This document shows positions 1-9,219 of a stretch of 64,000 bases of DNA, one piece after another. Source of the stretch: Candidatus Anstonellales archaeon (GTDB lineage: Archaea > Micrarchaeota > Micrarchaeia > Anstonellales > J096); NCBI GenBank assembly GCA_038890615.1, contig JAWAFI010000001.1:194611-258610 (forward strand), given 5' to 3'. A model generated the notes under the pieces. That model made no database searches and was not told the origin of the DNA. It saw only the letters and a list, made by a program, of their open reading frames with translations. How positions within the stretch are numbered: the stretch's first letter is position 1; every line of letters begins with the position of its first letter. The position numbers and the translations under genes were made by a program.

Positions 1-207
1 GAATATTTCATCTACATTTTTCATCCTTGAGCCTTCTGCTTTTTCCTTAAGCTTTGAGAGCTCAATGCATACTGTATTGGGTTGCGCTTTCCCAGGAAGC
101 GCAGTGTAATAGTACTCCTTTTGCGTGGGCGAGTAGGAGGAATGGGTTGGGACCAGGAGGAGGGAGCCAGCAAGCAGAAGCCCTGCAAGGGCCTTTTTAA
201 GTTTCAT
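1..207 (-). CDS. Secreted hypothetical protein, N-terminal part (runs off window)
   Basis: Manual translation from ATG at 207: MKLKKALAGLLLAGSLLLVPTHSSYSPTQKEYYY..., signal-peptide-like, open to position 1. Confidence 0.7.
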   Translation of the reverse strand, partial: MKLKKALAGLLLAGSLLLVPTHSSYSPTQKEYYYTALPGKAQPNTVCIELSKLKEKAEGSRMKNVDEIF

Positions 208-211
208 TTTG

Positions 212-712
212 TTATATATCGTTTGCCTCATAAATATCCTTATAATATTCGGGAATTGTCTTTGGAGATTGGTCTCCTGGTTTTTCTTCTTTTTTCTTTT
301 CTTCTTTTTTCCTTTCTTCTTTTGGAGGCCCATATTTTTCAGTAAGCTTTTCTTGGTCAACTTCAATTTTGAAAACTGCAACTGTTTTCCTATCTTTTTC
401 GACAAGATCAAAAGAAAATTTTACAGGCAGATTTAATTTGTTTACTTCGTTTACTAAAGCTCCCCATTGCCCTCCTTCTTCATACACTTTTCTAATCGCT
501 TCCAAAAGGGGCTGTTTTATCTCTTGGGTTGCTCTTGTCTTCGCTTCAAAAGGAGAAAAGTCTCTATCAACAAGCTCTTCCTCTATCAAATTGAAGAATG
601 ACTTAAGGTCTGCAACTTTTACTTCAAAGATTGCGCTCCTCTTGCAGATTTCTTCCCACATTTCTGGGTAATGGAGTGCTTTTTTCCCTTGCTGAGCTTC
701 TTGGAAAACCAT
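212..712 (-). CDS. Hypothetical protein, paralog of 750-1220
   Basis: 166-aa ORF with AGGTGA SD upstream; C-terminal region aligns by eye with the next ORF. Confidence 0.75.
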   Translation of the reverse strand: MVFQEAQQGKKALHYPEMWEEICKRSAIFEVKVADLKSFFNLIEEELVDRDFSPFEAKTRATQEIKQPLLEAIRKVYEEGGQWGALVNEVNKLNLPVKFSFDLVEKDRKTVAVFKIEVDQEKLTEKYGPPKEERKKEEKKKEEKPGDQSPKTIPEYYKDIYEANDI

Positions 713-749
713 AGTTCATCACCTTAAGGTATATGGGCTTATGTAATAT

Positions 750-1220
750 TTAAAGCTTATTCTTATGCTCTTTGTACATCTCGGCAAGCTTTTTCTCATC
801 TATAACTATCGAGAAGGAATATACAGTGGTTCCTTTTTCAGGCTTTTCAGAGGTCTCTACTCTAAAAGGCAACCCTCGGTTGGCAAGTTCTTTGTTAAGT
901 TCGTTGATGTCCCCTCCTTTTTTATCAACTTCATTAATAACCTCCTTAAATGAGCTTATAACACCATCAGCAAATGAGTACCACCTGCTTCTTTCTTCCA
1001 AGGGAAGGTTGGGTTTGTGTTTTAGAGAATGTTCAAAGTAATCAGTATCAGTGCTGTAGAACATTTTATCAGAAGAAGGGAGCTGACAAAAGGCTCCTTT
1101 ACCTTGGGAGCACATGCTATCGGTAGGTTTGGGAATTGACCTGCTGCATATATTGGTGAGTTGTTCATTAGTTCTTGATTTATCCTCATTTTCAACCTTT
1201 GGAACTGGCATTACTATCAC
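750..1220 (-). CDS. Hypothetical protein, paralog of 212-712
   Basis: 156-aa ORF; shares GG..NE.NK..LP....IxxDxxKLxExY pattern with 212-712. Confidence 0.7.
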   Translation of the reverse strand: MIVMPVPKVENEDKSRTNEQLTNICSRSIPKPTDSMCSQGKGAFCQLPSSDKMFYSTDTDYFEHSLKHKPNLPLEERSRWYSFADGVISSFKEVINEVDKKGGDINELNKELANRGLPFRVETSEKPEKGTTVYSFSIVIDEKKLAEMYKEHKNKL

Positions 1221-1324
1221 CCCCTATATAGTATACATGTGGCCTGCTTATTTAAAATTATTTGCAACAACAGCAGCCCTTTCCGTGCTTCTTCTTATCT
1301 TTTTTCTCCTTTTTTGCCATATTT

Positions 1325-1549
1325 TCACCTCCTTTTAGCTTCTTCTGGAAGCTTTACTTCAAAAGGAACAAAAACCTCTCCTGGCTTGTTTAACTTGTGC
1401 ATACTATTTATTCTATTAATTTCCCACTTTAGTTTGTCGGCCCAGTAGCCGTATCGCTTATCAGCCCCTTCTTTTTTCCCTTCTTCATAAGTCTTGCTTA
1501 TTATGTTCTCAAGCCTCCTCATAAAAGCGTCTGCCTCTTGCATCTCCAT
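1325..1549 (-). CDS. Small hypothetical protein
   Basis: 74 aa from MEMQEADAF; the upstream part of the 193-aa track ORF is antisense to 1632-2132. Confidence 0.55.
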   Translation of the reverse strand: MEMQEADAFMRRLENIISKTYEEGKKEGADKRYGYWADKLKWEINRINSMHKLNKPGEVFVPFEVKLPEEAKRR

Positions 1550-1631
1550 AGTTGTTTTTAACATTATATGTTTTAATATGTTTTGGATAGCAAAAGAATA
1601 GGTATTAAAAATACAAAGGGAATCTATTGTT

Positions 1632-2132
1632 ATGGCTTTGCTTAAAGGGTTCTCGGCTTTCATAGAAAGCGTTATGGGAGCAGTAAAAGGAAGGCTTGAG
1701 CCAGCTGAGGAGCAGAGGCTCAAAAGGCTCCTTGAGAGGATAGGCAGGAAGAACAAGGTAATAGCCAGTGGCTTGGTAAGGGCGCTTAAGGAAGGCGGGG
1801 CATCTAAAGAAGACCTGAAGAAAGTGCTTATACTCTTAGAGAGGGCAGACCACAGGATAATGAATGATGCAGAGCCCTTCATGGCTAATGAGGAAAGGGA
1901 ATTCAAGGAGATTCTGGAAAAGGCAACGCTTCCGCCTAATGTATTCTACAAGATAAAGTTTGGGCTTGATGAAATGGTCAAGTATGAGATAGTGGACCTC
2001 TTGGCAAAGGAAGTAAGCGGCATTTCCATGGAGGCTGAGGAGAAGGTTGTAAGTTTAGGCAAGGAGACTGAAGTGGAAAGGACCCAAGCAAAGGAAGAGG
2101 AGAAAAAGGATAGGAAGACGATTAATCCATGA
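1632..2132 (+). CDS. Hypothetical helical protein
   Basis: 166-aa ORF with host-like codon usage; ATGA overlap with the next gene. Confidence 0.75.
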   Translation: MALLKGFSAFIESVMGAVKGRLEPAEEQRLKRLLERIGRKNKVIASGLVRALKEGGASKEDLKKVLILLERADHRIMNDAEPFMANEEREFKEILEKATLPPNVFYKIKFGLDEMVKYEIVDLLAKEVSGISMEAEEKVVSLGKETEVERTQAKEEEKKDRKTINP

Positions 2133-2626
2133 AAATAAAGCTCACCCCTGCAATGTGCTACCTGCTTGGGCTTTGGAGGTCAAAGAAATCAACAAAAGGG
2201 TTTGGTATAAGGGGAAGAAAAGGAGTTGCTGCTTTTGTTGAAGAATCAATAAAGCAAGGTATAACTGAGAAGGGGAAGGTGCTCTACGACGGCTCTGAGG
2301 TTTTCTTCTACAACAGCAAGTTCCTGAAATTCGCGCAGGAGTTCGAGAGCGAAATAGACAAGAGGCTGAAATACCTGAACGACTATGCAGCAAACTATTT
2401 TGCAGGTGTTTTTGATGGCACAGGCAAGATAACAGAAGATGGAAAGGTACTCATAAGGAAAGACCCTATTGACCAGGGCATCCTTTTGAGGCTTGGCTTT
2501 TTCACCAGGCCTGTTGGAAAGGACCTAATGGTGCTTAAGCCTAAGAATTTTCTTGAGTTTATAAGCAAATGGAGGAGATGCAATGAAGCTGAAGCTAATA
2601 AAGAACCCAAAAAAGAGATGGGCTGA
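2129..2626 (+). CDS. Stand-alone LAGLIDADG-fold protein, probably nuclease-inactive
   Basis: Two LAGLIDADG-like helices: CYLLGLWRS and NYFAGVFDGTGKI. Confidence 0.6.
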   Translation: MKIKLTPAMCYLLGLWRSKKSTKGFGIRGRKGVAAFVEESIKQGITEKGKVLYDGSEVFFYNSKFLKFAQEFESEIDKRLKYLNDYAANYFAGVFDGTGKITEDGKVLIRKDPIDQGILLRLGFFTRPVGKDLMVLKPKNFLEFISKWRRCNEAEANKEPKKEMG

Positions 2627-3263
2627 GCATATTTTGAAAAAGGTCAGGGAAGAGGCAGTGAGAAGAGGGTGGCAGGTTGTTGGAGGTGGTGCTGACGCAA
2701 CCATAGTCATAGGAGGGGACGGGACTTTCTACTACCATAAGGAAGAAGTGGAGGGGCAGGTATTCTCCATAGGCAGCGAGCATAGCTGGCTTGGGGTTCC
2801 ATATAAACGCTGGAAGGATGTTTTCGACAGTAAAAAATGGAAGGAGTACTTAGTCAAAGGCATTGATGTTTATGAAGGGACGAAGAAGGTGGGATGGGCA
2901 ATAAACGATGTTTACCTGAGGGCAAGGGACACTGTTGTGCGCATCAAAGTAACCTGCGGGGCTAACTACTCCTTCATAGGCGATGGCATAATTGTATCAA
3001 CCCCGATAGGAAGCACTGCCTACAACTTCTCCTGCGGCGGCCCCTTGCTTGACTGGGGGGTAAATGCATTTGCAATAACAGGCATAGCTCCACACCTGCG
3101 AGCATTCCTGCCTGTTGTATATAAAGGTAATGTAAAAATCTCATGGGAAGGAAAGGGTGATATTTTCCTTGATGGGCAGAGGAAAACAATTAAAAAGAAT
3201 AGCATTTTATTAGTAGAAGGCAGACAGCTGAGGATGATGAGGTATGCTTACAAGCGCGATTAG
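2583..3263 (+). CDS. ppnK: NAD kinase
   Basis: GGDGT motif, AIND, GDGIIVSTPIGSTAYNFSCGGP. Confidence 0.92.
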   Translation: MKLKLIKNPKKRWAEHILKKVREEAVRRGWQVVGGGADATIVIGGDGTFYYHKEEVEGQVFSIGSEHSWLGVPYKRWKDVFDSKKWKEYLVKGIDVYEGTKKVGWAINDVYLRARDTVVRIKVTCGANYSFIGDGIIVSTPIGSTAYNFSCGGPLLDWGVNAFAITGIAPHLRAFLPVVYKGNVKISWEGKGDIFLDGQRKTIKKNSILLVEGRQLRMMRYAYKRD

Positions 3264-3942
3264 AAGGGCATATTATAGTTTTGTCAACAGGCCAATAGAG
3301 CCGCTGAAGGCGATCCTTTACTACACCGCTTTCTCTGCTTTTGCGTTGCTAAGCCCAATAGGGGCAACAGTGCTCATCACTTACCTAATCTCAATGGCTG
3401 GTATCGATATATCTTCTGCAATCTACTTGATATATGTAATAGCTGCGATAATGCTTTTTGCAGGGGTGCTCCTGCTCAGCGGGTTCAAAGGGGCATTCGT
3501 GCATTCCCTTTACACAGGGGATATTGTAAAGGCAAAGGAATACATAAGGTATTCGCTTGTGCACCTGCAGGACTTCCTAACAATATCGATAATAAAGTCA
3601 TTGCTGCATTCAGTAGTGCTTGCGCCAACGCTTGCCCTCTACTACTTTGTATTGCCTGATTACCTTAATATCCTATTCCTCATTATAAACGTTCCAATAA
3701 TAGTGCTAATAGAGCTTTTCTTTGCCTTTTCTTACATATCAGTGGCACAAGGCCAGAAGCCCATAAAGGCAATAACGGATTCAATGAATGTTGTCAGGCT
3801 GAAAGCTCCTGATGCAGTGCCTGCTTTCATCATATACGCAGGCATATACCTAACAAGGGCAATACCCTTGTTCAACATATTCAGCCACTTCATACTTTAC
3901 CCCATAGGGTACAAACTTCTTATAGAGATTTACAAAGGTTAG
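3244..3942 (+). CDS. Integral membrane protein
   Basis: 232 aa with about 5-6 hydrophobic segments; overlaps the NAD kinase stop. Confidence 0.75.
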   Translation: MLTSAIRRAYYSFVNRPIEPLKAILYYTAFSAFALLSPIGATVLITYLISMAGIDISSAIYLIYVIAAIMLFAGVLLLSGFKGAFVHSLYTGDIVKAKEYIRYSLVHLQDFLTISIIKSLLHSVVLAPTLALYYFVLPDYLNILFLIINVPIIVLIELFFAFSYISVAQGQKPIKAITDSMNVVRLKAPDAVPAFIIYAGIYLTRAIPLFNIFSHFILYPIGYKLLIEIYKG

Positions 3943-5394
3943 TTAGCTGGGTATGCCAAAATCCTTTTTTATCCTGCTGATTCCTATACCTACAACTAGC
4001 TTACCAAACCTTGGCCCCTTTTCCTTACCTATCAATGATTGGTAAAGCAGTGAAAAAAGAGCTGATTTGTCCATTGACCTTTTCTCTGCAAACTCAAAAA
4101 CGCTATTGTGGACTGTTAATGGGTCTGCATCGTTTTTAAGCAAGGCGAAGAAGGCCCTGCTCACTTCTGTAGGGCTTGGCTTGTACTCAACCCTGTACTG
4201 CTCAGGGACAAGCCCCCTTTTCACCCATTCTGCATAATACCTGTCCATCCATGTTCCGCTTGAGCCATTTACCTGGAATGAAATAACCCCTGAGTAGATG
4301 TCTGGTATCTGCCTCCCACCACTAAGCTTTGCTGCTATTGCTTTCTTCAGTTCGCTTTTGTTGGTTGGCTCCTTCTCAAGCGCCCTGTTGTAATCGTCTG
4401 CAAACTCCATTATCCTCTCCATGCTCGTGACTATGTCCTTGTTCTCATGCAAATCAGGCCTTAGGAGCATGTACTTTATGAGCTCAGGGGGCACTAGCTT
4501 AAGGAGGTCGCTTGCGCCCATGCCAATGCCCTTTGACTTGGAATACTTCCTGCCGTTGAAAAGTATGAAGCCATACTTGTAGCCTATTGGCGGCTCTGCC
4601 TTGAATACCTGCCTGAAGATTTCAACCAAGGTGTCCCTGCTGCCTCCTTTTGTAAAATGGTCCACGCCTGCTCCTTCAATGGAAGTGCCGAAGTAGTGCT
4701 GCCAGGCAGGCCAGTGGAGCCTCCAGGTGAGCTTGTAATTGTGCTCTATGAGCATATCCTTCCCCCTGTAGCCGCACCCTTTTGTGTAACCAGCATCTCT
4801 ATCGCATATATACTCATAGTCGCTCTGAGTTAGCCTAAGCACCCTTGTTGTTGCTATCCTACCGCAGGATTTGCATATGGGCATTATTATTGACCACTCA
4901 TCAGGCAGCTTCCTCATGCTTGTTGCCTCTATGATTTCCCTTACCTTCTTTTCCTGCCCAATGTAAAGCCGGGCGTAGTAGTCAAAAACCCCTGCCTTGT
5001 AGAGCTCGTTTGCTCTCTCTATCTTGACATGCTCAAAAACACCCAGCTCTTTCATTACTGCAATGGCGTCCTGAAGGTAGTATTCCCCAAAGGAGGTGCC
5101 TTTGTAAGGCACATTGCATAGGGGCTTGCCAAGGTGCTCATTAAGCCAATCAGGGCAGCCAACAGGCACTGAGTCAAATGCATCAAGTATGTCTGCAACA
5201 AAGTAGAACTCTGCTTTCTTCCCCTTGGTGATGAGCTGCTTCTTTATTGAGTAGGGGTAGAAGAATTCGCATACTGTGCCCAAGTGGGTAGGCCCTGAGG
5301 TTGTCATCCCTCCTGAAATTACGTATGGCTCCTTTTTCTCCCTTGCCACCTCATCTGCAAGCTGCTCGCTCCAGTGGGAATGCTCCATAGCCAT
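3943..5394 (-). CDS. lysS: Class I lysyl-tRNA synthetase
   Basis: TSGPTHLGT (HIGH-like), CKSCG and C..GC zinc sites, KLTWRLHWPAW, GVDH, KYSKSKG (KMSKS). Confidence 0.95.
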   Translation of the reverse strand: MAMEHSHWSEQLADEVAREKKEPYVISGGMTTSGPTHLGTVCEFFYPYSIKKQLITKGKKAEFYFVADILDAFDSVPVGCPDWLNEHLGKPLCNVPYKGTSFGEYYLQDAIAVMKELGVFEHVKIERANELYKAGVFDYYARLYIGQEKKVREIIEATSMRKLPDEWSIIMPICKSCGRIATTRVLRLTQSDYEYICDRDAGYTKGCGYRGKDMLIEHNYKLTWRLHWPAWQHYFGTSIEGAGVDHFTKGGSRDTLVEIFRQVFKAEPPIGYKYGFILFNGRKYSKSKGIGMGASDLLKLVPPELIKYMLLRPDLHENKDIVTSMERIMEFADDYNRALEKEPTNKSELKKAIAAKLSGGRQIPDIYSGVISFQVNGSSGTWMDRYYAEWVKRGLVPEQYRVEYKPSPTEVSRAFFALLKNDADPLTVHNSVFEFAEKRSMDKSALFSLLYQSLIGKEKGPRFGKLVVGIGISRIKKDFGIPS

Positions 5395-5417
5395 AGTTGA
5401 GCGCCTTGTTTTAAAAA

Positions 5418-5675
5418 CTATATGAAGCCCTTTTCTTTCAGGGCTTTCAATGTGCCGGATGTTGCCAGAGGCTTGAACCCTCCAAGCACAAGCACACCTA
5501 TTGCCTGTTTGTACTTAGTGTGGTTGAACCTTATTACAAGCTTTGGGGAAGAAGCTATCACCTTCGGCATTAGCTCTGAAAGGCCTAGGTAGCCGAATGC
5601 CTCTTGAAGCAAGGCCAATGCCTTCTCGCTGTCGCCTTTTTCAAATGCAACATACCTTTTCCTGGCTTTCTCCAT
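5418..5675 (-). CDS. rnp2: RNase P protein, Pop5/Rpp14 family
   Basis: RKRYVAF at N-terminus and TSGTLKALKEK at C-terminus. Confidence 0.8.
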   Translation of the reverse strand: MEKARKRYVAFEKGDSEKALALLQEAFGYLGLSELMPKVIASSPKLVIRFNHTKYKQAIGVLVLGGFKPLATSGTLKALKEKGFI

Positions 5676-5709
5676 AAGCCATTAAATATGGCTTCCTTAT
5701 AAATAGATT

Positions 5710-6261
5710 ATGGAGCTTCACATACCGCGCGAGCTTAGGAAGCTGAAAAGGGCTACTGCTGTTGTGCTGCCAAAGGATTTTGGCCTTATGGCTGGCTATG
5801 CAATGATAGACAAGAGCAAGGTTGTGCTTGAGGCAGGCACAGGCACAGGATTCCTCTGCTACATGCTTTCAGGCATTGCAAAAAAAGTGGTAAGCTATGA
5901 GGAAAGGCCTGAGTTTTATGAGAACGCAAAGAAGAACCTTGCCGGAAGGAAGAATGTTGTGCTAAGGAATGCAAGCATAGAAAAGGCAAAGGAGAAAGCA
6001 GATGTCATAATCCTAGACATGAAGGACGCCCCGCTTATGGTGCCAAAGCTCGTGAAAAACCTTAAGAAAGATGGAATGATGGTTGGCTACCTGCCAAACG
6101 CAGAGCAGATCTCTGCTTTTGCAAAGGCATGCAGAAACAGCGGGGCAAAGGATGTGTTCGTGGTTGAATCAATAGTAAGGGACTTCCAGACCGAGCCAGG
6201 GTTCAGGCCCTTCCACATAGGGCTCATGCACACCGCTTACCTTTGCTTTGCTAGCTGGTGA
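5710..6261 (+). CDS. trmI: tRNA m1A57/58 methyltransferase, N-terminally short
   Basis: LKRATAVVLPKD, VLEAGTGTG, YEER, ILDM, YLP..EQ, HTAYL. Confidence 0.85.
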   Translation: MELHIPRELRKLKRATAVVLPKDFGLMAGYAMIDKSKVVLEAGTGTGFLCYMLSGIAKKVVSYEERPEFYENAKKNLAGRKNVVLRNASIEKAKEKADVIILDMKDAPLMVPKLVKNLKKDGMMVGYLPNAEQISAFAKACRNSGAKDVFVVESIVRDFQTEPGFRPFHIGLMHTAYLCFASW

Positions 6262-7558
6262 GCTGGTAGACACAGGCATGCTCCTTGCAGGCAACGGGCT
6301 GCATGCCTGCGATCCTAACTATTGCGCTCTCCTCAAATCCATTTGCATCAACGAGCACTCTGCCGTTGAAAAGCGAGAGAAGCTTTGTCATTGATGCCTT
6401 GCCCACAAAAGCCTTTCCTCCTGCTGTATATACATCAGCATCGCTTGCAAGGTCACCTGAATACTTTACAATATATAGATAGTAGTCATTGTAGTAAAAC
6501 CTTATGCTGCTTTCAGTGTCATCTCTAAACAAGAACATAACATTCCTAGGCTTCGCCTTCCTGAGCGATTCAATTGAGATTGCAATGCTCCCTCCTTTTG
6601 GAGGCGATGTAACGTCCACTACATCAGCATCCTTGCCTGCATAGAACTTGTAGGCGCCTGGATACCCCACAATCATGTCTGGCTTGTACTCGGCAAAAAT
6701 CTCAAGGAGCTCGTGCTCAGGGACATCTATACCCATTATTGCAGGGGATGCTGCAAGCATTGCAGCAGTGAAAATAGCAAAAAGGAAGAATAAGTGCATG
6801 GCATCCAGGGAGGAAAAGCGAAGGATTATGAAGAACATGAGCGCTGAAAGCGCTGCTATGCTGATTGATGCCTCCCCAAACATCAACATAGAGAAGCCAA
6901 TAGCCCCTAGGACTGCATTCTGGTCCTTATGCTTGTACTCAACAGGGAAAAGCGCAAGCGCAGGAAGGGATGCAGGGAATATGAAACAAAGTAGCGCAAA
7001 TGCCAAGCTGAACAAAGAGGTAAAACCTGCAAGCCCGTATGCAGCAAGCGGCACGCCTGCTAATGAAGGGGCAAATGAAGGGTATGAGAAAATAAGGCCT
7101 GCAGCACCTAGCAAAGGGATTAGCTCTATAATTTTCTTGCCTTCAAGGTACCTCTTTATTGGGATTGCGAGTGTTAGAAGTGAAAGTGGGCTTGCATACA
7201 ATGCAAGGAAAACCGGCACAACTGCAGCGATTGGTATGTGTATAAAAGCAACTGTTGCCAAAGAGGCAAAGAAAAGCGAGACAACAGCCATTGGCTGCTC
7301 AACAAAAAGCGCTGGGGCTAGGAAGAAAGGGCACAATAGGAGAAGGCTGAATGTGAAGGCCTTCTGCCTATCCATTGCCTTGCCTGCTGCATACTGGGTA
7401 AGCATCACCGATGCTGCGAAAAGAAAGAAGAAAGCATGCCTTGCAAGCTCAGGCAACGAGTTGCTTGCCATGAAAAAGAAGCCCTGCTCTGAAGGTGCTG
7501 GATTGGCAAAAAAATACAAAGCACCCAAAAGCAAAACTGTAAGCGCGTAATACTTCAT
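6251..7558 (-). CDS. Polytopic membrane protein with soluble C-terminal domain
   Basis: About 10 hydrophobic segments followed by about 150 hydrophilic residues; ATGA-coupled to the HMG-CoA reductase gene. Confidence 0.7.
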   Translation of the reverse strand: MKYYALTVLLLGALYFFANPAPSEQGFFFMASNSLPELARHAFFFLFAASVMLTQYAAGKAMDRQKAFTFSLLLLCPFFLAPALFVEQPMAVVSLFFASLATVAFIHIPIAAVVPVFLALYASPLSLLTLAIPIKRYLEGKKIIELIPLLGAAGLIFSYPSFAPSLAGVPLAAYGLAGFTSLFSLAFALLCFIFPASLPALALFPVEYKHKDQNAVLGAIGFSMLMFGEASISIAALSALMFFIILRFSSLDAMHLFFLFAIFTAAMLAASPAIMGIDVPEHELLEIFAEYKPDMIVGYPGAYKFYAGKDADVVDVTSPPKGGSIAISIESLRKAKPRNVMFLFRDDTESSIRFYYNDYYLYIVKYSGDLASDADVYTAGGKAFVGKASMTKLLSLFNGRVLVDANGFEESAIVRIAGMQPVACKEHACVYQLTS

Positions 7559-8772
7559 TTTTTCGACCTCATCTTGGCTAATATTTCCTTGGCCTTTTCA
7601 ACAGAAACTGCCTTAAGCTTAACGAGCTCCTCTGCAACGCCTTCTGCCTCTTCTGGGGAAGCGCCAGCAGAGAGGGCAACGCTCCTTGCATGGAGCTTCA
7701 TGTGCCCCTTCTGTATGCCTTCAGTGGAAAGGGCATAAATGGCTGCAAAATTCTGCGCAAGCCCTACAGAAGCCATTACCTCTGCAAGCTCCTTTGCCTT
7801 TGAAACCTTTAGGATCTTCAAGTTGACCTGCGCAACAGGGTTTGCTGATATTGTGCCCCCAACAGTTGCAACTGCAAGCGGGAGCCTTATCCTTCCCCTT
7901 ATGCCGCTTCCCTCCCTCTCATATGAAGTAAGGCTTGTGTAGCCGTCCATTGAGGCATAGGCATGCGCACTTGCCTCAACAGCCCTCCAGTCGTTGCCAG
8001 TGGCTATTGCAACTGCGTCTATGCCGTTCATTATGCCCTTGTTGTGAGTGGCAGCCCTAAATATGTCGTGCTTGGCAAGTTCGTACGCCTCTATTATAGG
8101 CTCTGGGTCAACCTCCCAGTAGGCAGTCGCCTCCACCATCCTCCTCAACGCAAGGTTGGTGAGTATCCTCAGCCTCGCCTTTGCGCCTGATACCTCTTCA
8201 AGAAAAGGCGCAATCTCTTCCATTGCGGTGTTTATGGTGTTAGCACCCATGCTGTCCGCAACATCTATTGCAAACTCTGCTATTGCCATCTCCCCAATCC
8301 CTGTCTTTACCTTCCTGAACCAGCACTCCCTGAAGCCTCCTCCATGCCTTGCCATCCTCTCAGTTGCCTTTGCAGCCCTTTCCCCAATTTCCTCCTTTGC
8401 TTTTTCCAGCAAGGCAATTGCCTTTCCAGCATCCCCTATGAGCTGCACCTGCCCGATCATCTCGCTGCCCACTGCTTTTGCAGAAAAGCCTTTTGGGAGC
8501 GCCATCTTTGCTGCCTTGCTTGCAGCAGCGATTACAGACGGCTCTTCTATTGCCATTGGCACCACCCTCTCAACCCCATTGATTACAAAATTTACTGCAA
8601 ACCCTAAAGGCAAGGTAAATGTTGAAACAACATTCTCAACCATTTTGTCAGCCCTCTTAACCCCGAGCCCTTTCCTAAGGATTGAAACCTCTTCTTCGCT
8701 AAGGCCTGCATATTCCTTTATTGCTGAAAGCCTCTGCTCAACTGAGAGCTTGTAGAATCCTGAAAAATTCAT
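7555..8772 (-). CDS. mvaA: Class II HMG-CoA reductase
   Basis: DKMVEN, EEPSVIAAAS, DSMGANTIN, RAATHNKGIMNG, GIQKGHMKLHAR. Confidence 0.95.
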   Translation of the reverse strand: MNFSGFYKLSVEQRLSAIKEYAGLSEEEVSILRKGLGVKRADKMVENVVSTFTLPLGFAVNFVINGVERVVPMAIEEPSVIAAASKAAKMALPKGFSAKAVGSEMIGQVQLIGDAGKAIALLEKAKEEIGERAAKATERMARHGGGFRECWFRKVKTGIGEMAIAEFAIDVADSMGANTINTAMEEIAPFLEEVSGAKARLRILTNLALRRMVEATAYWEVDPEPIIEAYELAKHDIFRAATHNKGIMNGIDAVAIATGNDWRAVEASAHAYASMDGYTSLTSYEREGSGIRGRIRLPLAVATVGGTISANPVAQVNLKILKVSKAKELAEVMASVGLAQNFAAIYALSTEGIQKGHMKLHARSVALSAGASPEEAEGVAEELVKLKAVSVEKAKEILAKMRSKK

Positions 8773-9170
8773 AGCTTCACCAAGGTGCTTGATGCCTCTG
8801 CAAGGAGCGAGGCTATCTTCTCTGAATTTGCCCTTATCTGCTGCGCTGCCTTCTCTATGCTCAGGAAGTATTTTTTCCCCTTTTTCTCTATAAGCCCTGC
8901 CTCCTCCATCCTCTTAATATGGTAGTAGACATTCTTCTCATTTATCCTTCCCTTCAGGCGTGCAACTATCTCAGATACCTCCAAGCCCTCTGCTGAGGCT
9001 ATCTCTGCTATTATCTCCAGCGCCCCTGTCCTGCTCTCGTTCCTTGAGATGAGCCCTAGAGAGAGCAGGAGCCATCTCAAGAGCGATTCCTTGGTAAGCT
9101 TTGTGCTTTGGCTCAGCGGTATGAGGCGCAGGGTGAACTCCTTTTCTATTCCCTGTGCTTCAGGAATCAT
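8769..9170 (-). CDS. Winged-helix DNA-binding protein
   Basis: VSEIVARL..INEKNVYYHIKRMEEAGLIEKKGKKYFL wHTH; start taken at MIPEAQ. Confidence 0.75.
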   Translation of the reverse strand: MIPEAQGIEKEFTLRLIPLSQSTKLTKESLLRWLLLSLGLISRNESRTGALEIIAEIASAEGLEVSEIVARLKGRINEKNVYYHIKRMEEAGLIEKKGKKYFLSIEKAAQQIRANSEKIASLLAEASSTLVKL

Positions 9171-9187
9171 ACCTTTCTTTTGGGCAA

Positions 9188-9200
9188 CTCTTTTTAAATG
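9188..9200. promoter_or_regulatory. TATA-like TTTTTAAA element between divergent genes
   Basis: Lies about 20-25 bp from both ATG 9170 (-) and ATG 9220 (+); a similar layout occurs near 42083 between rpl21e and tbp. Confidence 0.5.
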
Positions 9201-9219
9201 GTTTTGCCAATCTAATTGC

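Noticed and set aside
6675..7550. Long antisense ORFs (also 43301-44269, 34053-34712, 54903-55547, 8156-8755)
   Set aside because: Shadows of well-supported genes on the opposite strand; Ser/Ala/Pro-rich with no motifs
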